Below are positions 9,459 through 19,657 of a stretch of 42,359 nt of DNA, one piece after another. Below the pieces are notes generated by a model. That model saw nothing but the letters and a program-made list of their open reading frames with translations, had not been told where the DNA came from and searched no databases. A program made the translations under genes and the position numbers. The stretch lies in contig JAILCW010000054.1 of NCBI GenBank assembly GCA_024690265.1, positions 1-42,359 on the forward strand. The letters run 5' to 3'. Every line of letters starts with the position of its first letter. The stretch's first letter is position 1. Origin of the DNA: Lachnospiraceae bacterium (GTDB lineage Bacteria; Bacillota; Clostridia; Lachnospirales; Lachnospiraceae).

Positions 9459-10280
9459 TTATCGAACTCTATAAATTTTATTTGCGTCTTCCGAATCAAT
9501 CAATGTTCCATACCCTACTGCTCGGCCATCCTCTGCTACCCACAGCACTGCAGATTGGGTTGGATCTTCTTTGGAAACAACGCTATAAGCATATACTGCA
9601 ATGAGATCTGTATCCCAAGAGTCTCCGACGTATTCACCCACGCGAACGTCAAACATACCAGCCGGAGCGTTCAGTGATTCCTTCTCTCTGATATCATATT
9701 CCTTGTCCGAATACTTCTGTTCAACTACATTCTCTGCTTCCTCAGCAGATTCTACATTGGATAATCCCATTGGGAGACGATAACCGCTTACCAGCAAAAC
9801 GCCCACCGCAACAACTACAACAATAAATATAGCCAGTAAAACCATTGCCCAAATCGGCAGTTTCAACCTCTTGCGCTCCGGTTCCGGCTCGCCCCACATA
9901 TCAGGATCCACCGCAAGCTCTTCGACGTGTTCTTCCGCAATTTCATCCGGTTCCTCTTCTACCGATGTTTCTACCGCCCTCGGTTCTGCATCTCGATTCA
10001 CTGAACGATGAATCACAGCTAGGCAATCCTGGCAAAAAATACCTTGTTCCGCTTCTCGTTGCATACACAACATACAAGTGCAATCCGCATTCTCGTCCTG
10101 ACTCAATGCTTCAATTCGCTGCTGAAACGCTGCTCCGCGCGGAGATAAAAAAGGTTGTCTAGCATGTACAAAATCTACTACCTTGGCCGCTTCTTCCGGC
10201 TTACGAATATTAAACTGTCGGCTAATCTCCGCTGCAAGCAAAATGTCATTCTGCAGCTTTTTCTTATCTTCTGGATTCAT
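9459..10280 (-). CDS. Hypothetical single-pass membrane protein with a putative Zn-binding CxxC...CxxC motif
   Basis: Likely start MNPEDKK (GAGAGGG RBS; avoids overlap with yigZ); CTCMLC...FCQDC, an acidic linker, and a TM helix IWAMVLLAIFIVVVVAVGVLLV. Confidence 0.75.
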   Translation of the reverse strand: MNPEDKKKLQNDILLAAEISRQFNIRKPEEAAKVVDFVHARQPFLSPRGAAFQQRIEALSQDENADCTCMLCMQREAEQGIFCQDCLAVIHRSVNRDAEPRAVETSVEEEPDEIAEEHVEELAVDPDMWGEPEPERKRLKLPIWAMVLLAIFIVVVVAVGVLLVSGYRLPMGLSNVESAEEAENVVEQKYSDKEYDIREKESLNAPAGMFDVRVGEYVGDSWDTDLIAVYAYSVVSKEDPTQSAVLWVAEDGRAVGYGTLIDSEDANKIYRVR

Positions 10281-10296
10281 TCCCTCTCTAGCCTTC

Positions 10297-10947
10297 CTAT
10301 AAGTATATGACTTTGCCGTCCACCACACCGTAAGAAATCCAATCTCCCCACTTGCAAACAGCATTGCCTGCTGTAAGATTGGTAATCTCCTCAACGATAT
10401 TGGTATCCGCATCGTCCACCACGCAGCAAATGGTAACATCCGCATCGTATTGCGTGTCTAAAATCATAATACTGCGTTCTCGCAATAGATATTCTATTTT
10501 ACCATATCCATTGTAGTCTGTTGTAATCGATAACTGGGTGCCGGATGTCTTCTCAATCAGTGTAGAGGCTTCTACACCAGCGCTTACCGCTCCCTGATAG
10601 GCGCGAACCAACCCGCCGGTTCCAAGTAACACTCCGCCAAAATATCTGGTCACTACAACCACCACATTGTGCAGATGCGCCCCTTCCAAAACATCCATCA
10701 TCGGACGTCCGGCCGTCTGGGATGGCTCACCATCATCCGAAAAACGCTTCACCTCATCCCTGGAGCCCACAATATATGCAAAGCAGTTATGTCTTGCACT
10801 GTAGTGTTCCTTTTTCTTCTGCTGCACAAACTCCAGCGCTTCTTCCTCCGAATGTACCGTTGCAAATGATGCAATAAATCGCGACTTCTTCTCGACGATT
10901 TCTGCCTCCTTCGGTATGTAAATTTCCCACTGTTTTTCCTTTAGCAA
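10297..10947 (-). CDS. yigZ: YigZ/IMPACT family protein
   Basis: EKKSRFIA, ARHNCFAY, FSDDGEPSQTAG, VTRYFGGVLLGTGGLVRAY; probable TTG start at 10947 after GGGAG. Confidence 0.92.
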   Translation of the reverse strand: MLKEKQWEIYIPKEAEIVEKKSRFIASFATVHSEEEALEFVQQKKKEHYSARHNCFAYIVGSRDEVKRFSDDGEPSQTAGRPMMDVLEGAHLHNVVVVVTRYFGGVLLGTGGLVRAYQGAVSAGVEASTLIEKTSGTQLSITTDYNGYGKIEYLLRERSIMILDTQYDADVTICCVVDDADTNIVEEITNLTAGNAVCKWGDWISYGVVDGKVIYL

Positions 10948-11046
10948 CGGCCTTTTCTCCCTTGTTTGCATCTTCGACTTTTTCTTTATTATATAAGAAC
11001 AATTTGCTATAATAAAGGTAATTTTGCTTAACATTAAGGAGACTAT

Positions 11047-13614
11047 ATGAATTACGGAAAGAAGAGTCTTAAGAAAAACAAAAGCAAATTATCCAACAAA
11101 AAAGCCACAGCCAAGAAGAAATTTGTCCTAACATTTTTCAAATCCATTGTGGCATTAATCTTGGTAGCCATCGCTGCCGTTGCTCTTGCTTTTCTTTGGT
11201 ACGCAAAAAATCTTATCTCGGAATTACCGGATGTATCCACGATAGATATTTCCCCAAGCGGATTCTCCACCACCATCTACGACAAGGATGGCAACGAGAT
11301 TGAGTCCCTTGCTTCTTCCGGAGCCAATCGTCAATACGTTACGATTCAAGAAATCCCGGAAGATTTACAACATGCATTTGTTGCTATCGAGGATGCCCGT
11401 TTTTATGAGCACAATGGTATCGACGTCCGCGGTATTCTCCGTGCCGGTGTTACCGCTATTATTACCGGAGATTTGTCTCAGGGTGCCAGTACCATTACCC
11501 AGCAGTTGCTCAAGAATAACTTCTTTACCAACTGGACCAACGAAGAGACCAAGCTGGATAGTATCAACCGTAAGATCCAAGAGCAGTACTTGGCCATCCA
11601 GTTAGAGAAGATTACCACCAAGGATACCATTCTGGAGAATTACCTCAACACCATTAACTTGGGACAGAATACCTTAGGTGTTGAAGCTGCCAGCGAGCGC
11701 TATTTTAACAAAAGCGTTACAGAGTTGAATCTGTCAGAATCCGCTGTTATTGCAGCCATTACCCAGAACCCTTCCCGCTACAATCCGATTAGCAATCCGG
11801 AAGACAACACCAAGCGTCGCAAGAAGGTTCTGAACAAGATGCTAGAGCAAGGTTACATCACTCAGGCACAGTATGACCACGCCATGGACGATGACGTATA
11901 CAGTCGCATCCAGGTAGTAAACAGCCAGGTAACATCCACATCTACCAGTTACTTTGTAGATGCACTAACCGACCAGGTCATCGATGATTTGATGGAGCAG
12001 AAGGGTTACACAGAGACCCAGGCCTACCAGAAGCTATACAGCGGCGGCTTGGAAATCTACTCCACCCAGGATCCTGCAATTCAGAACATTTTGGATGAAG
12101 AGATTAGCAATGAGGACAATTACTCTCTCACCAAGCACTCCTTCTCCTATCGTCTGACCGTTACCAAAGCAGATGGTTCTACCAAGAACTACAGCGACCA
12201 GACCATGTTGTCCTATTATCAGGCTGAGAACAGGAACTTCTCCATCAACTATGACAGCGAAGAAGAAGCTGCTGCTGCCATCGAAGCTTACAAGGCCGAG
12301 ATTATGGAGCCGGGTGACACCATTCCGGAAGGCGGCGAGACCATTACTTACACCCTTCAGCCACAGGCAGCTATGACCATTATGGATCAGTCCACAGGGC
12401 ACGTTGTTGCACTGACGGGAGGACGTGGCGACAAAACCGCCAGCAAGACCTTGAACCGAGCAACGGGCATTACCCGTCAGGCGGGTTCTACCTTTAAGAT
12501 TATTTCCGCTTACGCACCTGCGTTGGATGCCGGCGGTTTGACCTTAGCAAGCGTTCAGGATGATGCGCCAATGACTTATGCCAACGGTACACCACTGAAG
12601 AATTACGATAACCACTATCGTGGTTGGACCAATTTTAGAACCGGTATTCAGTGGTCCATCAATGTCGTTGCTGTTAAGACCCTAACTGAGATTGGAACCG
12701 GTCTTGGATATCAATATGTTCAGGACTTTGGCATCTCCACATTGGTTAGTGGTGACAATGTTCAGGCTTTAGCACTTGGCGGCATCACTTACGGTGTTAA
12801 GAATGTTGACCTGTGCGGTGCTTATGCTACCATCGCCAACGAAGGTTACTACAATCGACCGGTATTCTATACACAGGTACTGGATAATCGCGGCAATGTC
12901 GTTCTTGATACAACAGACAGCCAGCCGAAGCAGGTTATCAAAGAAACCACTGCATGGTTATTGATCAACGCCATGCATGATGTAGTTACTGCCGGTACCG
13001 GTACTGCTACGAACCTTTCCGGACAGTATGTTGCCGGCAAGACCGGAACCACTACCGCAAACCGCGATGCTGTATTTGCAGGATTCACCCCTTACTATAC
13101 CGGTGTTATTTGGGGCGGTTATGATGACAACGCCGTTCAAGGCAAGACCGGATACGCTAACAAGATTTGGCACCAGGTGATGGAACGCGTTCACGAAGGT
13201 CTCGAATACAAAGACTTCCCGAAGCCGGATGGTATCGTTCAGGTTGCTGTTTGTTCCAAATCCGGTAAGCTTCCATTAGAAGGCATATGTGATCAGGATC
13301 CACGTGGCAATATGATTTATACCGAATACTTTGCCGAAGGCACACAGCCTACCGAGACTTGTGACCATCATACACGTATTAATATCTGTACCGAGACAGG
13401 CATGCCTGCCAGCCCAGGTTGCCCACAGGAGTCTCAGGTTCGTATTCTTGGCGGTAGCCCTGGAAGCGATGACGAGCCATTCCTGGTTACTACAGAATCA
13501 TTATCCACCACTTGTCCGAACCACGGCGGCGGCGGTGCTTACGTCTTTACAGAGCCTGTTCCTCAGCCAACAGTTGAAACTGATCCGGCTGCTGCAGAAC
13601 AGCCTACCGAATAG
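11047..13614 (+). CDS. Class A penicillin-binding protein (PBP1A family)
   Basis: Basic N-tail plus TM; transglycosylase motifs EDARFYEHNGID, QGASTITQQLLKN, RKIQE; transpeptidase motifs STFK, SIN, KTGT. Confidence 0.96.
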   Translation: MNYGKKSLKKNKSKLSNKKATAKKKFVLTFFKSIVALILVAIAAVALAFLWYAKNLISELPDVSTIDISPSGFSTTIYDKDGNEIESLASSGANRQYVTIQEIPEDLQHAFVAIEDARFYEHNGIDVRGILRAGVTAIITGDLSQGASTITQQLLKNNFFTNWTNEETKLDSINRKIQEQYLAIQLEKITTKDTILENYLNTINLGQNTLGVEAASERYFNKSVTELNLSESAVIAAITQNPSRYNPISNPEDNTKRRKKVLNKMLEQGYITQAQYDHAMDDDVYSRIQVVNSQVTSTSTSYFVDALTDQVIDDLMEQKGYTETQAYQKLYSGGLEIYSTQDPAIQNILDEEISNEDNYSLTKHSFSYRLTVTKADGSTKNYSDQTMLSYYQAENRNFSINYDSEEEAAAAIEAYKAEIMEPGDTIPEGGETITYTLQPQAAMTIMDQSTGHVVALTGGRGDKTASKTLNRATGITRQAGSTFKIISAYAPALDAGGLTLASVQDDAPMTYANGTPLKNYDNHYRGWTNFRTGIQWSINVVAVKTLTEIGTGLGYQYVQDFGISTLVSGDNVQALALGGITYGVKNVDLCGAYATIANEGYYNRPVFYTQVLDNRGNVVLDTTDSQPKQVIKETTAWLLINAMHDVVTAGTGTATNLSGQYVAGKTGTTTANRDAVFAGFTPYYTGVIWGGYDDNAVQGKTGYANKIWHQVMERVHEGLEYKDFPKPDGIVQVAVCSKSGKLPLEGICDQDPRGNMIYTEYFAEGTQPTETCDHHTRINICTETGMPASPGCPQESQVRILGGSPGSDDEPFLVTTESLSTTCPNHGGGGAYVFTEPVPQPTVETDPAAAEQPTE

Positions 13615-13618
13615 AGCA

Positions 13619-13648
13619 AAAGCCCTGAGGAATCATCCTCAGGGCTTT
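13619..13648. terminator. Bidirectional terminator between the convergent PBP and galactokinase genes
   Basis: Perfect 13-bp stem AAAGCCCTGAGGA / TCCTCAGGGCTTT. Confidence 0.9.
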
Positions 13649-13659
13649 CTTTATCGTTA

Positions 13660-14898
13660 TTACTCTACATGAACCGCGCCGGTGTTACGTACGTTCATTG
13701 GATATACATTATCTTTGCCAAAGTACTTGGACATGTATTCTACGTATGCATCCAAATCAGATGTACGTACCATAGTCTGGATAACTCCTGCAAATCCACC
13801 ACCGTGAACGCGGCAGCATCCTGCACCAACTTCCTTCAGAAAATGCTCGGTAAGTACCAGACCCAGGCCAATCTTCTGTACCTTCCAGTCCGTTAATGGA
13901 TAACAGTTCTGCAAGAACTTGTAAGAGGAATTACCGGATGCTGTAAGCAATCCAAGAATATCATCAATCTTGTCTCCACGAATCGCATCAGCCATTGCCT
14001 CTACACGCTCATTCTCTTCTAAGAAATGGAATGCACGAAGTACAGCACGGTCGTTGCCCACCTTCTCGATTACTTCCGGAAGACGCTCTAATAATTCTGC
14101 CATGTTAATCTCACAGAGGCGCTCCTTGCCAAATACCGCAGCCACTTCACGCATCTCACGAGGAATTGCGCTGTAGTCCTCAGACAAGTCAGCATGACTT
14201 CCACCGGTATTGGTAATGACCATGCTATAACCATGCTTTGCTAGGTCGAAGTTAATCTGGTCATACTGAATCTCACCGGCAAAATCCAATTCAATGGCAC
14301 CGCCAACAGCACAAGCCATCTGATCCATAAGTCCGGAAGCTTTGTTCCACCAGTTGTTCTCGGAATACTGTCCAATACGAGCATAATCGCTGTATGGAAT
14401 CTTTCCATCATTGTAGAAATAATTCAAAACAGAGCAGATTAACATCTCAAAGGATGCGGATGAGCTAATGCCAGCAGCTCCGATCACGGTGGTAGAAGCA
14501 TAAAGGTTAAATCCACCTACCTGATAGCCGAACTTCTTCATTGCCTCTACCATGCCGGCGATGAGAGAAATCGTTCCGGATTCCTTCGGAATGGAATCAA
14601 TCTTGTCTAACTCGATGGTGATTGGACGATAGCCTTCACTAATGACATTAATTTCATTGTTAGCTGTTGCAGCTGCTGCACCGATGGTATCTAAGGTGAT
14701 GCTAGCAGCGATAACCTTACCACCGTTGTGATCGGTATGATTACCAACAATCTCCGTACGACCAGGAGCAGTAAAGAAGTCCATCTCAGAGGACTTAAAC
14801 TCCTTCTCGAAGTTCTCTGCTAAAGAAGCATAACGCGCGCCACTAATGGTGGACTCACCGTAAATCTTCTCAAGGGTAGCATTACTTGGAATACTCAT
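13660..14898 (-). CDS. galK: Galactokinase-family GHMP sugar kinase
   Basis: APGRTEIVGNHTDH, AGISSSAS, SGLMDQ, RVHGGGFAG; exact substrate not certain. Confidence 0.82.
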   Translation of the reverse strand: MSIPSNATLEKIYGESTISGARYASLAENFEKEFKSSEMDFFTAPGRTEIVGNHTDHNGGKVIAASITLDTIGAAAATANNEINVISEGYRPITIELDKIDSIPKESGTISLIAGMVEAMKKFGYQVGGFNLYASTTVIGAAGISSSASFEMLICSVLNYFYNDGKIPYSDYARIGQYSENNWWNKASGLMDQMACAVGGAIELDFAGEIQYDQINFDLAKHGYSMVITNTGGSHADLSEDYSAIPREMREVAAVFGKERLCEINMAELLERLPEVIEKVGNDRAVLRAFHFLEENERVEAMADAIRGDKIDDILGLLTASGNSSYKFLQNCYPLTDWKVQKIGLGLVLTEHFLKEVGAGCCRVHGGGFAGVIQTMVRTSDLDAYVEYMSKYFGKDNVYPMNVRNTGAVHVE

Positions 14899-15017
14899 GA
14901 TATTTCTCCTTTATAAAACGAAATCACAAACTATCTATAGTATAGAATCATTCCCCGGAAAAGTACATTGAAGATGTTGCTATTAATTAGTAAAATATTG
15001 TGCAAAGGAGAGATCTC

Positions 15018-15887
15018 ATGCAAATTATTACAGACGAATTACAAAAAGAAAAGAAAGAGCATGGCGGCTTTGGGTTTCCAATCTTAGTCAGTCATGAACG
15101 GTTACTAAGCTATGAAACCGGTTCTTTCCTCTGGCATTGGCACCCAGAGGTAGAGCTTACCTACGTAGTATCGGGCGAGATGCTCTATTCCATTAATGAT
15201 AAAACATATCATATAAAGGCAGGCGATGTCCTTTTTGGCAATCAGAGTACCCTCCACGAAGGACATCAGTGGAAAGATAGTGATTGTGAATATATTGCGG
15301 TGACCTTCCTGCCGAAGCTCATCTATGGATTCGAAGGAAGCCTGATTCAGGAAAAGTATGTGACGCCCATTACCGAAGGGAGTGGTATAGCATCGCTGCA
15401 TTTAGATGGCAGTGAGGGCTGGCATCATGCAGCCACAGGACTATTAAAGACAGTTATTGACTCCTACGAAAGAGGTGAAGAGATGTTTACAGTACAGCAA
15501 CTCCTCTTCTTCTGGCAAATGCTCTATGAACACTTTCCATTCGAAGAGAAAAAGGTCGCAGGGCATGGTAAACATTATGACAAAATTCGAGATATGATAT
15601 CCTACATCGAAAATCACTACGCCGATCACATCACCCTCGATGACGTAGCATCCGCCGCTCACCTAAGCCGCAGCGAATGTTCTCGCGTATTCAAGAAGGT
15701 CATGGGCACATCCCTCTTCTCTTTCATCCAAAACTACCGCATTGAGAAAAGTTGCTCCTATCTACTGGAATCCTCAGCCTCAATCTCCGAGATTGCTGAG
15801 AAGGTAGGCTTCTCCGATGGCAACTACTACACCAAATGTTTCCAGAAGGTTATGGGATGTTCACCATCCACATATCGGAAGAGATAA
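15018..15887 (+). CDS. AraC-family transcriptional regulator with cupin sensor domain
   Basis: WHWHPEVE cupin motif; C-terminal double HTH (ITLDDVA...ISEIAEKVGFSDGNYYTKCF); AAGGAG RBS before ATG 15018; divergent from the kinase. Confidence 0.93.
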   Translation: MQIITDELQKEKKEHGGFGFPILVSHERLLSYETGSFLWHWHPEVELTYVVSGEMLYSINDKTYHIKAGDVLFGNQSTLHEGHQWKDSDCEYIAVTFLPKLIYGFEGSLIQEKYVTPITEGSGIASLHLDGSEGWHHAATGLLKTVIDSYERGEEMFTVQQLLFFWQMLYEHFPFEEKKVAGHGKHYDKIRDMISYIENHYADHITLDDVASAAHLSRSECSRVFKKVMGTSLFSFIQNYRIEKSCSYLLESSASISEIAEKVGFSDGNYYTKCFQKVMGCSPSTYRKR

Positions 15888-16015
15888 AAGCATTCATAAA
15901 TATGCGAAATCGCCTAATGCTTGTTTTATTTTTTGATAAGTATGTCAGATGATTATTTTTTCTAGCTTTGATAGTATCGAAATGAAAGAATACTATTTTT
16001 ACGAGGAGGGTAAAA

Positions 16016-16693
16016 ATGCAAAAGATTATAAAAACTATTTATGGCTTGTTGTTATCATTAATCATGATTTCTTTTTCGACTATTAATGCAGAAGCAATCT
16101 CTTTCCATGGCCCAAATAACACCACACTACTAGAAGAGAAAAAGTTAACATCATTAGGGCAAGAATTTATAACCACTTCTGTTTCAAAAGAAGAATTTCT
16201 TATAATTCATCCTGAAATTAATAACATCGAAGAAACTGAAATTATAGGAAAAGACAAAGAACAAATCGTCTCATTTTGCTCTAATACAGGAGACATTGAT
16301 ACCGATGACGTTGCGCTTACTCACACAATTATTAGTTCATCCAATCCAGACTTAAAACTACATATCTTAGAAGCTACTGCAAAGGAAAGCAAAGGCTCTA
16401 AGACCAAAAATGGAGTAACGTTAAGCGGATCCATTCATTGGGTTGATCGCAAAGGAACAAATAATGCTCTAACTGGAGTCTGGGGATCGCGCAGCGGCTC
16501 TTGGACAGGTACGATGACGTATGAATATGGTGCAGGATGGAAACCACTAGGTACTGGTTCAAGCACCCGGAGTCATTGTGGCGAAAGCATTCATTCAGGA
16601 CAAAACGGGTTTTCGTTTTACTTTTCTCTAAATTCTCCTTCAACAGACGGAAGTACCGTCTCCCTTACAATACAAACTTCAGCATTTGACTAA
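16016..16693 (+). CDS. Hypothetical secreted protein (AT-rich islet)
   Basis: GAGGAGG RBS; Sec signal peptide ending A-E-A; no family recognised. Confidence 0.8.
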   Translation: MQKIIKTIYGLLLSLIMISFSTINAEAISFHGPNNTTLLEEKKLTSLGQEFITTSVSKEEFLIIHPEINNIEETEIIGKDKEQIVSFCSNTGDIDTDDVALTHTIISSSNPDLKLHILEATAKESKGSKTKNGVTLSGSIHWVDRKGTNNALTGVWGSRSGSWTGTMTYEYGAGWKPLGTGSSTRSHCGESIHSGQNGFSFYFSLNSPSTDGSTVSLTIQTSAFD

Positions 16694-16713
16694 AATACGG
16701 GGGGGGTAGAAGA

Positions 16714-17232
16714 TTGTTACACGCGCGTCGCCTTCTAGTAGGTATTATATGCTTCATGCTCGCCTATATACTAGTTTTGCTTTCATATTTGTACAGTCGT
16801 ATATATATCGGTAAAAGCATTGCTGGCATTATCAGTTTTCCATTTGAAAAGTTCTGGATTGCTTCAGCTCTACTAGGCATTATTATCTTTATGATATTAA
16901 AAAAATGGGTTACAAGTTTTAGCACAAAAAATATATCCACATCCACAGTTCTTTTAGCATTTCTTATAGGGGTATGGGTTTTCGTTGAAACATGTGGTTA
17001 CTCGTTAATTTCAATTGCCGATTTCTATTGGAATCATCTCGAACAAATGGAATCATTTTATAACCATATCGGTTTATTAAACGAACATACGCCAGAAGAC
17101 TTAAGTATCAATATTATTTTTTTGTTATTTGATTTTACACCATCTAATATACTAAACGCACTAATTGCATACGCAACATATTATGTATGCATGATTAACA
17201 TGTGGATAAAACAACGCCATAAATCAAACTAA
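16714..17232 (+). CDS. Hypothetical membrane protein, about 4 TM helices (AT-rich islet)
   Basis: TTG start after a G8 run; four hydrophobic stretches; 20 bp after the secreted-protein gene. Confidence 0.7.
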   Translation: MLHARRLLVGIICFMLAYILVLLSYLYSRIYIGKSIAGIISFPFEKFWIASALLGIIIFMILKKWVTSFSTKNISTSTVLLAFLIGVWVFVETCGYSLISIADFYWNHLEQMESFYNHIGLLNEHTPEDLSINIIFLLFDFTPSNILNALIAYATYYVCMINMWIKQRHKSN

Positions 17233-17234
17233 CA

Positions 17235-17464
17235 GCCCGACCGTCAGGTACATAAATCTGCCAGACGATGCATTGCATGTTTTCTGTAGCGACCATGCAG
17301 AAGCGTCGGCGCTTGAAAGTAGAAAGAGGAGGAACTGCTCGTAAAGCAAGTTCCTCCTCTTTTTAGTTTCTTAGCGTCCGTTACGCTTATGCCTGCAGCG
17401 AAAGCGATGTCGCGGGAAAATATGCGATGTGTCGGCTGGCCGCTGCAAATTGCAACGGTCGGGC
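17235..17464 (-). repeat. Bulged-hairpin dispersed element, copy A
   Basis: Outer IR GCCCGACCGT / ACGGTCGGGC; minus-strand core CATATTTTCCCGCG...CGCTACAGAAAACATG aligns with copies B and C; apical 14-bp stem at 17323-17362. Confidence 0.75.
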
Positions 17465-17471
17465 GTCCCTC

Positions 17472-19598
17472 TTACACTTCGAAGATAATATCTCCATAGG
17501 ATGGCATCGGCCACATTTCCTTATCAACGAGCATCTCAAGCGCATCAACAGCCTTACGAAGATCCGCCATAGCAGTTGCAACATGGTCACGATAGAAGGT
17601 TGCACGCTCAACACCATTGGCCATGGTAGCACCTTCCTTCTGAGCATCCTCCAGCTTTGCCAGCTGAATGCGGGTCTCACTTAAGAGGTCGGAAACCTCA
17701 AGGAGCATCTCAGTCTGAGTGCTAACATCAGCATCACAAGCTGCCTTTACCTGGTTAATAGAGGTAGCAAGAGTTGTAGTGTAACGAATAGTAGCCGGAA
17801 TGATTAACTTGCGAACAATGTCAATCATGGTCTTTGCTTCAATGTTCAGCTTCTTAGAATAAATCTCATACTCAATCTCTGCACGAGACTCCAGCTCTGC
17901 ACGACTAAATACATTAAACTTCTCAAATAAGGCAACAGCCTTGTCAGTGGTAAGTGCAGGGATTGCATCAACCATGTTGGTGATGTTAGCAAGACCACGC
18001 TTCTCGGCCTCTTCTGCCCACTCCGGTGAATATCCATTGCCATTGAATACAATACGCTGATGATCGGTTAACAGCTTCTTGATCAGGTTGTGAACAGCCA
18101 AATCAAAGTCGTCAGCCTTCTCCAACTCATCGCATGCATCGGAGAATGCCTCCGCAACGATGGTGTTCAATACGATGTTTGGCTCACCAACAGAATCCTC
18201 AGAGCCAACCATACGGAACTCGAACTTGTTGCCGGTAAATGCAAACGGTGAAGTACGGTTACGGTCCGTTGCGTCCTTCAGGAAATCCGGTAAAGTCTTA
18301 ACGCCGGTATCCAGCTTCTGCCCCTTGATACTGTGGGTAGCTTCACCGGTGCTGATTAACTGATTGAGTACGTCCTGCAACTGCTCTCCTAAGTATACAG
18401 AGATAACAGATGGCGGTGCCTCATCTCCGCCCAAACGATGGTCGTTACCAACGTCAGCCGCAGACTCACGGAGAAGATCTGCATGCTCATCTACTGCGCG
18501 AAGAATACAAGCAAGAACCAGTAAGAACTGGATGTTGTCATGTGGTGTATTGCCAGGCTCTAACAAGTTGATGCCATCGTCACTAACCAAAGACCAGTTA
18601 TCGTGCTTACCGGAGCCATTCACACCCTTGAATGGCTTCTCATGAAGCAAGCACTGCAAACCGTGACGATAAGCCACTTTCTTCAAGGTCTCCATAATTA
18701 ACTGATTGTGATCAACCGCAACGTTAGCCTCAGCATAAATCGGAGCAAGCTCATGCTGCGCAGGAGCAACTTCGTTGTGCTGTGTCTTGGCAGATACGCC
18801 CAACTTCCACAATTCGGTATTCACATCACGCATAAATGCAGCAATGCGCTCACGGATTGCGCCAAAGTAATGGTCATCCATCTCCTGACCCTTTGGAGGC
18901 ATTGCGCCAACCAAAGTACGTCCGGTATAAACCAAATCCTTGCGAGCAAGGAAATTCTTGCGATCAATAATAAAGTATTCCTGCTCTACGCCAACGGAAG
19001 GTGTTACGCGATGAGAGGTGGTATTCCCAAATAAACGAAGCAAACGTAAAGACTGCTTGTTAATAGCCTCCATAGAACGAAGCAGTGGAGTCTTCTGATC
19101 CAATGCTTCTCCAGTATAAGAACAGAAGGCAGTCGGAATACAAAGTGTAGCACCTGCAGCATCCTGACGAACAAAGGCCGGAGAGGTGCAATCCCATGCT
19201 GTATAACCTCTAGCCTCAAAAGTGGCGCGAAGTCCACCACTCGGAAACGAAGATGCGTCAGGTTCTCCCTTAATCAATTCCTTACCGGAAAAACTCATCA
19301 ATACCTTACCATTAGACATCGGTGCAGTAATAAAGGAATCGTGCTTCTCTGCAGTAACACCGGTCAGTGGCTGGAACCAATGGGTGTAGTGGGTAGCGCC
19401 CTTCTCAATAGCCCATTCCTTCATCTCATGAGCAACAACATCCGCAGTCTCAAGGTCCAACTCGCGACCTTCACGGATGGTTTCTTTTAGCTTCTGATAA
19501 GTCTTCTTTGGGAGACGCTCACGCATCGTCGCATCGTTGAATACGTTCTCACCAAAAATGTCTGCAACATTATAGTACTCGTTCTTTTCTTCCAACAT
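17472..19598 (-). CDS. glnA: Glutamine synthetase type III
   Basis: 708 aa; [67 protein letters not shown]. Confidence 0.96.
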   Translation of the reverse strand: MLEEKNEYYNVADIFGENVFNDATMRERLPKKTYQKLKETIREGRELDLETADVVAHEMKEWAIEKGATHYTHWFQPLTGVTAEKHDSFITAPMSNGKVLMSFSGKELIKGEPDASSFPSGGLRATFEARGYTAWDCTSPAFVRQDAAGATLCIPTAFCSYTGEALDQKTPLLRSMEAINKQSLRLLRLFGNTTSHRVTPSVGVEQEYFIIDRKNFLARKDLVYTGRTLVGAMPPKGQEMDDHYFGAIRERIAAFMRDVNTELWKLGVSAKTQHNEVAPAQHELAPIYAEANVAVDHNQLIMETLKKVAYRHGLQCLLHEKPFKGVNGSGKHDNWSLVSDDGINLLEPGNTPHDNIQFLLVLACILRAVDEHADLLRESAADVGNDHRLGGDEAPPSVISVYLGEQLQDVLNQLISTGEATHSIKGQKLDTGVKTLPDFLKDATDRNRTSPFAFTGNKFEFRMVGSEDSVGEPNIVLNTIVAEAFSDACDELEKADDFDLAVHNLIKKLLTDHQRIVFNGNGYSPEWAEEAEKRGLANITNMVDAIPALTTDKAVALFEKFNVFSRAELESRAEIEYEIYSKKLNIEAKTMIDIVRKLIIPATIRYTTTLATSINQVKAACDADVSTQTEMLLEVSDLLSETRIQLAKLEDAQKEGATMANGVERATFYRDHVATAMADLRKAVDALEMLVDKEMWPMPSYGDIIFEV

Positions 19599-19622
19599 TT
19601 TATCCTCACTAATTTTCCTTTT

Positions 19623-19657
19623 AAGAAAAGAGGGCGTTCCATGACTGGAACACCCTC
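19623..19657 (-). terminator. Intrinsic terminator after fba
   Basis: Minus strand GAGGGTGTTCCA-GTCA-TGGAACGCCCTC then TTTTCTT. Confidence 0.85.

Noticed and set aside
17227-17470. Copy A as an integron attC site closing a gene cassette
   Set aside because: There is TAAC at the stop codon but no matching GTTRRRY at the far end, no integrase in the window, and copies B and C do not follow cassette-like genes.
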